NCBI RefSeq assembly: GCF_009914755.1
Contig: NC_060931.1
DNA from: the human T2T-CHM13v2.0 reference genome, Homo sapiens
DNA length: 64,000 nt
Reading direction: 5' to 3' (one strand)
Of this stretch, positions 47,481 to 64,000 are shown in pieces. Position 1 is the first letter of the stretch; every line of letters begins with the position of its first letter. The position numbers and the translations under genes were made by a program. The notes under the pieces are model-generated. The model was not told the origin of the DNA, searched no databases, and saw only the letters and a list, made by a program, of their open reading frames with translations.

Positions 47481-48058
47481 GAGAATTTCTAGGGAAGTCA
47501 TCTCACTTGGCCTTCTGAAGGTCCTCCCTAAGAGTCTCCTGACAAAAGTTACTTATTGAACACCTCTATGTGCCAGGCTCTGTGTTGGGTACTTTGATCA
47601 ATGCCCCTGTTTCAGTCTCATCTGTACTCACGGCAGCCCTGTGGAGTACGGTGTACTGGCCCAGCTTACAGATGCAGAAAGCGAGACGTTCTGCCATCAG
47701 ATAAAGTCACGTGGCTCTTTAGTAACACGGACAAGGCTCCTCGCCAAGGAACTCGTGGCAGAAGAGGGCAGCAGTTGGCAGTAGCTGCCGATGTCTGTCC
47801 CCAGCTCCACCATTCCTCCCTGTGGCTGTGCCATGCTCGTGGTTTCAGTGTCCGTGTGTCCATGTGTCTGCCCTTCAGGAGCTCGCAGCTGGTGTGCTTG
47901 GCGGTCCCAGGCCTGTGTAGTGTCTCTCCCCTGCTGCGGGCGCCCCCACCCCGATTCCTCTCCCCAGAAGCGGTGGGATGGGCCCCCATGAACTGCAGCA
48001 GCATGCTGAGGTGTCCATGTTGTCTGCCTTTGTATAAAGAAACAGCCTCTGACCTGCC
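47481..48058 (+). other. RHBDD2: RHBDD2 3' UTR (end approximate)
   Basis: Runs from the stop codon to ~15-20 nt past TATAAA (48033-48038), followed by GU/U-rich sequence. Confidence 0.7.
47550..47720 (-). mobile_element. MIR remnant within the RHBDD2 3' UTR
   Basis: ACTTATTGAACACCTCTATGTGCCAGGC...TTACAGATGCAGAAAGCGAG resembles reverse MIR. Confidence 0.6.
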
Positions 48059-48090
48059 GTGCTGGCGTGTGCTTCCTTTGTGGTCTGGCT
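48031..48090 (+). terminator. Poly(A) site: UGUA plus variant hexamer TATAAA plus downstream GU-rich element
   Basis: TGTATAAAG at 48031-48039, then CGTGCTGGCGTGTGCTTCCTTTGTGGTCTGG; no AATAAA seen in the preceding UTR. Confidence 0.7.
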
Positions 48091-49572
48091 GGGGAAGAGG
48101 GAGTGCGCTGAGATCTGGGCAGTGGCAATGTGTGGTGTGGCGGCAGAGAGGAGAGATGCACCAGGGCCAGGTCAGGCAGGTGACCAGGGCCCAGTGGGTC
48201 AGGAATGGGGGTCTCGTGGGGAGCAGGCAACTGAGATGGGTACCAGCAGGAGCCACTGCTGCCCTGAGAGAGAGGGGTGTTGCCAGAGCCCAGAAGCTGG
48301 GACTACAGTTAGGAGGGCTGCTGGCAGGGCTGTGCCAAGAAGGACATGGGCACTGCTGGCGATGTCCCTGAAGCAAGACGGGAGAAGACGCTGGCTTTAC
48401 CACCAGTGTCTCCTGTTGGCCATGTTGACCAGGAACCAGGAGTGAGGGGCGGGGGGCCTCTATGAGACAGTGCAGGGCACTGATGAGTGTGGCTGAGCTG
48501 TCACTCACCTGGCCAGCCCTTGAGGACAGCTGGGGCTCCTCACGGCAGGCTGTGTTGAGAAGGCATGCCAGCTGCCTGGTGTTTTGTGGACCTAGTAACA
48601 CGTGGCCTTCATTTATCCCAGGAGCTGGATGGCCCATTCTAGACTGGCTTTCTGATAGGTTTTAGGTCTTTGGACATGTATAAGACAGAACCCCAAGCCC
48701 ATCCAGCCTGGTGAGGGTGGGGCCGTGACGGGCCCACGCCTGGGGGGGCCTCAGACATGAGCAAGAAGGGGCCTGCGCTGGGGTGAGAGGGTGTGCCACT
48801 GTGTGTGGCCCTGGTTTTTAAATCTCTTTGTTCCTTGGGACTTTTCCTTAGTCTGGCCACAATGCACAACACAGCCTGGAGTCAGCTCACAGTGGGACCC
48901 TTTCTCACCCTCACGTGCATTTTGGAAGCTCTGGAGGCCATCCCAACCCCTTCTCCCATTTGCCTGTCAAATCATCCACTAATATGCCCATGTCCGGAAA
49001 CCATTCACTGATTCTGTGCCAAGCCGGAGGCTCAATGATGATGAGCCCCATGTGCGCAGGGAGCCCCTAGCATGGGGCCTGGCACTCAATAAATATGAGT
49101 GGAATGAACGGATGAATAGGTGATGCCCGCCCTTGGGGAGCTCATTGGAGCAGAAGAAATGGAAAATAATTATCATTCAGGCCGGGCTCAGTGACTCACG
49201 CCTGTCATTCCAGCACTTTGGGAGGTCTGGGTGGGCGGATCGCTTGAGGTCAGGAGTTCAAGACCAGCCTGGCCAACATGGTGAAATCCCATCTCTACTA
49301 AAAATGCAAAAATTGGCCGGGCGCAGTGGCTCACATCTGTAATCCTAGCACTTTGGGAGGCCAAGGCTGGTGGATTACGAGGTCAGGAATTCAAGACCAG
49401 CCTGGCTAAGATGGTGAAACCCTGTCTCTATTTACAAAAATTAGCCGGGCGTGGTGGTGGGCGCCTGTAATCACAGCTATCCGGGAGGCTGAGGCAGGGA
49501 GGCGGAGGTTGCAGTGAGCCGAGATCATGCCACTGCACTCCAGCCTGAGTGACAGAGTGAGACTCCATCTCA

Positions 49573-49746
<174 letters not shown>

Positions 49747-50190
49747 TCATTCAGTGCCCTGCAAAGCTGTGATGGGGCGAAGCAGCACTTCAGGGGCGCA
49801 GAGGAGGCCCCCAGCCCAGCATGGCCTGACAAGCTGGGGATCAGCAGGATCCTGAGGACCAACCCTTCCATGGAAAGAGAGGGGGGCTGTGGAGGGAGGG
49901 TGGGAGGGTACTAACCATGTCCTCTGGCTGTTAGGAGGATGGAGAGCACAGCTCATTAAGCATAAGTGAAAGCATTACCCCCAACATGCTGGAAACCCCT
50001 CCCCTCCCATCCCCAGACAGGGCAGGACCCACAGCGGCCAGAGAAGCTTCCAGACATTATCAGTTTCCCTGCTCGGTTGGCGGAGGGCAGCAGAGAAGCA
50101 GATTCATGCCCTGCTCGCTCTGCAAACCTCAGGTAGGCTCTGCTCCTCAGCGCGGACATCAGAAGAAAGGCTTGCCCTTATACTCTAAGG

Positions 50191-50484
50191 CAGTGGTCCC
50201 CAACTTTTTTGGCACCAGGGACCGGTTTCGTGGAAGATAATTTTTCCACAGACAGGTATGGGGATGGTTTCAGGATGATTCAAGTGCATTCCATTTATTG
50301 TGCACTTTATTATTACATTGTTAATATACAATGAAATAATTATACAACTCACCATAATGCAGAATCAGTGGGAGCCCTGAGCTTGTTTTCCTGCAACTAG
50401 AGGGTCCCATCTGGGGGTGATGGGAGACAGTGACAGATGGGTAGACTGGTGCCAGTTGGTGGTCCCTGAGGTTGCGAACCCCTG
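50191..50484 (-). mobile_element. MER1A-like hAT-Charlie element, internally deleted
   Basis: TIRs CAGTGGTCCCCAAC / GTTGCGAACCCCTG; perfect 8-bp TSD CTCTAAGG (50183-50190, 50485-50492). Confidence 0.88.
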
Positions 50485-50722
50485 CTCTAAGGAACTGAGT
50501 ACCGTGTAGGAAGTTGATTTGCAGGTAATTACAAGGCAAGATAAAGGCTGTGGGAGCCGTGGGTTGAGCTATGTCATTCCTTCACACGCCCATCTGTTTA
50601 CTGAATCATTCTTTCATTTAAAGAACATGCCGGGCACAGTGGCTCACGCCTGTAATCCCACACTTTGGGAGGCTGAGGCGGGCAGATCACTTGAGGTCAG
50701 GAGTTCAAGACCAGTCTGGTCA

Positions 50723-50911
<189 letters not shown>

Positions 50912-52619
50912 TCACAGAAAAAAAAAAAAAGAGCAGCAACTGTAAATCCAGTGGTCAAGGATGGCCTCCCTGGGAAGGTGACATTTCTGCTGAGACCTGA
51001 AGGAATCCAAGAAGAGAAGCAGGTGAAGAGCTTCCAGGTGGACAGGGAGAACAGAGAGCCAGGAGGGAATGGGCCAAGCACGCCCACCCAACATGACAAA
51101 GTGGCTGCAGGAGCATGGCACGGGTGATGCAAACAGCAGGTGCTCAATAAATGTTTGTTGCCCTGGACATCTGCACAAGGACAGCGTGGGCTTGGGAGGC
51201 CCCACCCATGCTTATTGCTTGGTGCTCTGCGTCCTGATGACCTGTCTGCCTGGCCTAATGGGGAACTCACAGCCAAAGGCCACAGATCCCAGGAGCCTGA
51301 GTCCTGGTCACCCCCTCCCTCACCCTTTCACGCATTCATTCATTCGCTCACTCATTCATTCTCTCATCAAATAATTACTGAGCATGTACTACATTCTGGC
51401 CTTATCCCAGGGGCTGGGGACACAGAGGTGACTAAGACCTGGTCCCAGCACAGTCTCTAAGGGAGACAGAAACCCACGGTAATGCCAGGAGGTACCAGTT
51501 CTGGGAGAAGCAGCCAGTCCTGTAGGACCCAGGCAAGGTCTCTGCTGGCCTCAAGGGCTGGCCAGACCTATGGAACGTAGAAAAAGATGTTCCAGGCTGG
51601 GCGTGGTGGCTCACGACTGTAACCCCAGCACTTTGGGAGGCCAGGGCTGCTGGATCACGAGGTCAGGCGTTCCAGACCAGCCTGGCCAACATGGCGAAAC
51701 CCCATCTCTGCTCAAAATACAAAAATTAGCTGGGTGTGCTGGTGCACACCTGTAATCCCAGCTACTCAGGAGGCTGAGGCAGGATAATTGCTTGAACACG
51801 AGAGGTTACAGTGAGCCGAGATTGTGCAACTGCAGTCCAGCCTGGGTGACAGAGAAATACTGTCTCAGAAAAAAAAGAAAGAAAAAGAAAAGAAAAAGAC
51901 GTTCCAGGGGAAGAGGGCGGTGTGCACCAAAAACAGCTGTGTCCCGCCTGTTAGGACAAGAAAGTGGAGTGTGGGAGATTACACAGGGCTGGCTCAGAGG
52001 ACGTGGAGAGGCCACCCAGGCCGGGGTGGGAAGGGCTTGGAAGGCCAGCCTGAGGGTTTCAACTTGACGCTGTGGGTGGTAGTGACCACGATAAGGTTTC
52101 TCTGATCATTTTACTGTGCACAGAACTGGGGCCAGGGAGTCTGAGCCCAGTGCCTGAGCCCCAGGCCTCACCCCGGGGGACTGGCTCTTTCACGTGGCTG
52201 GCATCTCGGCGGAAAGGTGAGCTGCACTTTCTCAGTGCCATGTGACAGGCCCACTCCTCCTCTCTATGCCTGGCCAGGGCGCATTCCTGCGGTTGGCAGG
52301 AAAGGCAATTTAAAACCCTTGAGGCTCCTGTGAGTCCTTTGTTGCTCCCAGGTGTGGTCCATATTTTGTTCACTCACAGGGCTCCAGGTGCACAGAAAGG
52401 TTACCTACCGGTAGAGGTTGGGGAGGACAGAGCCAGACTCCCCACTGAAAGGAGGGAGCCCAGATGTCCCACGACCTGAGTGCCCCACACTCTTCCCCTC
52501 TCTGCCCTCTCGAGGAAGCCAGCAAAGAGAAGGAGGTTTGCTTTCTCACTGCAACCTCCGCCTCCCAGGTTCAAGCAATCCTCGTGCCTCAGCCACCCGA
52601 GTAGCTGGGATTACAGTCA

Positions 52620-52928
<309 letters not shown>

Positions 52929-53530
52929 TCAAACACAAAAGGTAGGGGAGAAGGTCCTGGGGAAAGGCCCAGAGGTCCAGGACAGGACAGGGAGAGCTGG
53001 AAAGATGAGCTAGGAAGATGGGTGGGTGAAGCTCCCTCTGCAGACAAACCTTGACATGGGAAGTGTATGTGAGTGTGTGTATGTGTGTGCATACGCATGC
53101 ATGCCTTTGCACACTATGGTCTTTGGGCCTGAGCAAAGGGGCCCCTGCCTGGTTCCTGTGCTTCTCAGGGCCATGCTAGCCTGAAACCCATGCTCCTGGC
53201 TTCTGGAGCACGCCCTGGGATCCTGGAATTCTCTGCTCTTAGGGCCCCCTGCCTGGCTCTAGGGGTGTTGTGGACCTCAACCCGAGTCCATCCTCCTGAG
53301 GACAAATCCCCCAGCAGTGTGCCCATCCCAGGCCCAGGGGCTGCTGTTGGCAGAGGGTGTGTCCCAAGTGTGAGTGTGTGGGCCAGGACATCTAAGGGGG
53401 GAGGGTGCAGGAGGCCCCAAATGGTGCAGACTGAGCAGCGGTGGGAAGAGAAAGGCAGCCAGTGGCCCATGGGGCCGGGGAGTGGGGACAAGTGACACCA
53501 CATCCCCAAGCGTGGAACTCTGAGGACTAG

Positions 53531-53716
<186 letters not shown>

Positions 53717-54087
53717 TGAGCAGCTGGGACTACAGGCACCTGCCACCATGGCCGGCTAAATTTTGTTTGTTTTTTTGTTTGTTTTTGTTTTTTGTTTTTT
53801 TGTGACGGAGGCTCGCTCTGTCGCCCAGGCTGGAGTGCAATGGCATGATCTCAGCTCACTGCAACCTCTGCCTCCTGAGTTCAAGCCTCCAAAGTAGCGG
53901 GGATTACAGGCGTGCGCCACCACGCCCGGCTAATTTTTGTATTTTTAGTAGAGGCAGAGTTTCACCATATTGACCAGGCTGGTCTTGAACTCCTGATCTC
54001 GTGATCTGCCCGCCTCAGCTTCCCAAAGTGCTGGGATTACAAGCGTGAGCCACTGCGCCTGGCCTAATTTTTGTATTTTTAGTATAG

Positions 54088-54282
<195 letters not shown>

Positions 54283-54835
54283 TGAGGTGGAGGTGGGAAA
54301 ATCTCTTGAGACCAGGAGTTTGAGAACAGCCTGCACGACATTGTGAGACCCCCAACTCTACAAAAAAAAAAAAAATTATGTGAGATGGAGGTCTCCCTTT
54401 GTCACCCAGGCTGGAATGACAGTGGCACAAACATGGCTCCCCACAGCCCAGAATTCCCAGGCTCAAGCGATCCTCTCACCTCACCTGAGCCCCCCAAGTT
54501 GCTGAAACTTCAGGTGCACACCACCACACCTGGCTAATTTTTGTAGAGGTTGGGTCTTTCTATATGACCCAGGCTGGTCTTGAACTCCTGGGCTCAAGCA
54601 ATCCTCCCGCCTAGGCCTCCCAAAGTGTTGGCGTTACAGGCATGAGCCACCGCGCCCAGCCAAAAAAAAATTTTTTTTTTTTTTTTTTTTTGAGTAGTCT
54701 TGCTCTGTCGCCCAGGCTGGAGTGCAGTGACATGGTATCAACTTACTCAACCTCCACCTCTGGGTTCAAGTGATTCTCCTGCCTCAGCCTCCTAACTAGC
54801 TGGAATTACAGGTGCACACCACCACGCCCGGCTAA

Positions 54836-55235
<400 letters not shown>

Positions 55236-55313
55236 TGATCCCACTCATCTCGGCCTTCCAAAGTGCTGAGATTACAAGCGTAAGCCACTTCACCCAGCCC
55301 CCAAAATTTTTTA

Positions 55314-55472
<159 letters not shown>

Positions 55473-56783
55473 TCAAGATGGAGGTGCTATTCCCAGGGCC
55501 AATGCTTGGGATGACTTGGGGGGCCTTGCAGGCTTTCTGGCTGCAGAATGAGAAAGAGTGAGGTTGGTGAGAAGCCGCGCTGTGCACTGGGAACAGAAGC
55601 CAGTGCCAGGAGGACCATCGGGATGTACGGAGGCTTTGAGGACAGTAGATCAGATGTTGCACAGGGCAGTGCTGAGACCAGGCCCTTTATGTCCCATGGC
55701 AGGGACAAGCATGGAGACCTCCCCCAACCAGCTGTGGCATGGATGAAATGACAGGTTAGTGTCTGCTCCACTCTGTCCCCGCTAACCCAGGGCATCTCCA
55801 ATACCCCACAGAGCACCTGTCCTGCTCAGTAAGCTGGCGGGTATCTGTGTGCCTTCCTTGCTGTCCTCCAAGTTCTGTGGGGCTCTTTCTTTGCAGCCCG
55901 CAGCCCCGTGCTCTGTGAATGAACATGAGTTTGAAGCCAGGAAGCAGGGAATGGTCAGTTTCCTCCAGCACCAGCTAAGGAGGCTGCCTGCATGGCTCCC
56001 TCCCCTCACCCCTGCATTTCACACATTTTCAAAGGATGGGACCAGGCCCTGGATTTCTGCCCTCAAGGACTCCTAGGCCTTGACGTGAGTCCCAGGGAAG
56101 GAGAGAAAGCTGAGTCCTGTGTTTTTGTTCACTAAATCTAGAATGTAGGACACGCGGGTGCTATCTGACCCAGGCTGGTCAAAATCACTGCAAATGCCAG
56201 GGCCACCTTTCATCCTGAACCTGCCTGGCAGTGAAGGTCATCCTCAGAAGGTCACAGCCTACAGCTGCCTCCCCTCCACCCCCCCAGGAGAGGTCCACAT
56301 AGGGGCTTCCGCTGGCAGCTGTCTTGGAGGCCAGAGCGGCTCCGTCAGCAGGGCCTCTGTCAGCAGTTCCAACCTTTGCTCCCCAGACATCCAGTTGTGT
56401 TGAAGGCCCACTGTGTGGGGTCCACCCACAGCCTGGTTGCAATGTTGTGATTCAGGCCCCATCAGGGACAAAATGCATAGTCTTAAGCAAGTCACTCTGC
56501 CTCTCTGAGCCTCAGTTTCCCCATCTGTAGTTGGTTGTAACAGTGAAAAGCTTGCTTATGTGAAAATGCCCAATTAGTGTGCCTGTGGTCCCAGCTACTC
56601 AGGGGGGTGAGATGGGAGGATTGCCTGAGCCCAGGAGGTAGAGACTGAAGTGAACCCAGATTGTGCCCCTGCACTCCAGCCTTGGCGACAGAGCAAGACC
56701 CTGTCTCAAAAAAAATAATAGGCCAGGAGCAGTGGCTCATGCCTGTAATCCCAGCACTTTGGGAGGCCGAGGGGAGTGGATCA

Positions 56784-57416
<633 letters not shown>

Positions 57417-57737
57417 TTATCCTAGAAAGGACAGTGAGGAGAATAAGATCTTGATGGTTCAAGTAACTGTATTACTTATCTATTGCTGCATAATAAATTA
57501 TTCCTAGACCCAGCAGTTAAAATGACTATGTATATATATAATGTAGTTATAAATTTATAGTTATATGTAATTATATATAGTGATAGCTAGCTAGCTAGAT
57601 AGATGGATAGATAGATTCTTTTTTGAGACAGGGTCTCACTCTGTAGCCCAGGCCAAAGTGCAGAGGTGTCATCATAGCTCACTGTAGCCTCTGACTCCCA
57701 TGCTCAAGCAATCCTCCCACCTTTATCTCCCAAGTAG

Positions 57738-57965
<228 letters not shown>

Positions 57966-58261
57966 TGAGGCTTCAGGGTAAGTGGCAATTGTCAGGTCTG
58001 GCTGGCTGCAGAGGTCCCTGTTCCTCATGTAGGGGCCCAAGTCTTAAAGAGAGGACTAAAGGGAGCTGGAGAGGCCATTGGTACCTAATGAGCCTCACTC
58101 CCGGGGCCCTGCCCAGCCCCATGGCTTCTCTTTGTTTTCGTGAGGAGGGAAGGGCCTTGGACAGGGCAGAGGCTGTTCCGGAGCCAGACGTGGCCTCAGC
58201 TGCTGCTTTCCGTGCCTAGCAGGGGTACTGAGGGTGGAACATTTCTCAGGTGCAGATATCA

Positions 58262-58410
58262 TGACCTACACCCCTAATCCCTCACACCACGCCTCTCTTG
58301 CTCATAAAGAGGCTCAAGCCCAGGGAAGCCAAGACCGCCCTCAGCACAGGACCTGCCCTGGCTGGTCAGCCCTGCCTGGGGCACCCACAGCCCCAGCTGT
58401 CCAGGTGGGT
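58262..58410 (+). promoter_or_regulatory. Candidate TATA-like promoter and short non-coding first exon
   Basis: TGACCT 58262-58267, TAATCC 58275-58280, CATAAAG 58303-58309, donor CAG|GTGGGT at 58405. Confidence 0.35.
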
Positions 58411-59337
58411 GCCTCCTTAGCATGGGGACAGAGCAGGATGGGGGTATGGGGGCCAAAGTGGAGCCCTAGGAAGTGGCGGTCCTGCTGCCCCACCCTCCTT
58501 GTCCCTCCAAATGGCTCCAGGGAAGGAGGGCAGAGAGCAGGCTGGCTGTATACCTACAGGTCAGCTGGAGCCGAGCCCTGAGGTGCAGCTGGGGGAAGAT
58601 GGCACCAGCTCCGAGCCTTGGTGATAGGGCCCGGCATGGACCAGGCATGGCCATGCCCTCCTTCCTGTCCCAGCCTGGAAGTGGGGAAGGGGCTGGAGCT
58701 GGTGCAGGTCCTGCCTCCACAGCTGTGCTGAGGCCTGGATGGTGTCACAGGGACAGGCCCTGAATAGGGATCTGAACCAAGGGCCCCAGTCCCAGCCTTG
58801 CTGTTGTTTTCCTGTTGACTTTGAGCAAGCGCTTCAACCTCTCTGGACTGAGTGTTCACATCTGTAAAATGAGGATGCTGGTGTGATGATCTGGAAGGTT
58901 CCTCCATGCTGACCACCTCTGCTTTAAGTCTGTGGGGGAATGGACATTGGCGCCCCTTTCTCGTCCACCTTGCATCCTACCTGCTCCCACCCTCATCCCA
59001 CCCTGCAGCCATTTCTGATTTCTAGCCCTGAGCCCCTGGGCCAAGGGCTGGTGACTTTGGGGATTTTCCAGGGCCTTGTGGAGCACAGAGAGGCAGCCAG
59101 GTGTCTATTATCAGCTGAAGGAAGTGCAATGGAGGGGACAAGGCCACAGAGCTGGAGGAGCACACAGCTGGCCCATTGAGGCCTGTCCTTCCTACATGAT
59201 TCCAGTGAGGGGTCTCGGAATATTCACCTAGCTGCAGGGACTGGCACTGAGTCCCTGGGGAACCACCTGTAATTATTTCTCCAGTTCCATGCTTCCAGGA
59301 CCGCCTGCAGGGTGGAAATGCTTGTAAAAAAATTTTG

Positions 59338-64000
<4,663 letters not shown>

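Noticed and set aside
47601-48371. 256-aa + strand ORF in the 3' UTR
   Set aside because: It starts in a MIR remnant, crosses the poly(A) site and has no domain-like composition.

Overview
Human (primate) genomic DNA with one protein-coding gene, RHBDD2 (rhomboid-like pseudoprotease), on the + strand. The locus is recognised as 7q11.23; the neighbour order CCL24-RHBDD2-POR is recalled, not visible here. The spliced CDS is join(38214..38391, 40960..41367, 42829..42979, 47123..47480) = 1095 nt = 364 aa. It has a CpG-island promoter at ~37.95-38.65 kb and a variant TATAAA poly(A) signal at 48033. About half the window is Alu (roughly 120 elements or fragments by hand count), plus ERV1/ERVL/MaLR LTRs, L1, L2, L3, MIR and hAT DNA transposons. 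Nearly all entries in the ORF track are Alu or low-complexity artefacts. Main points of interest: (1) RHBDD2 intron 2 is a minor-spliceosome (U12-type) GT-AG intron, with an in-frame U2-type acceptor 24 nt upstream of its 3' end; (2) a MIR-derived stop-containing cassette exon in intron 1; (3) a minus-strand remnant at ~7.1 kb that looks like a decayed secreted-protein gene (strong Kozak, signal peptide, phase-1 80-nt intron); (4) an old diverged local duplication (9.5-11.6 kb vs 15.8-16.2 kb); (5) an Alu with a 62-bp flanking duplication and another with a near-perfect 135-bp internal tandem duplication; (6) candidate orphan first exons at ~1.7 kb and ~58.3 kb. No new biological system can be demonstrated from the sequence alone. 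Repeat family names were assigned from memory of consensus sequences and need RepeatMasker/Dfam confirmation.
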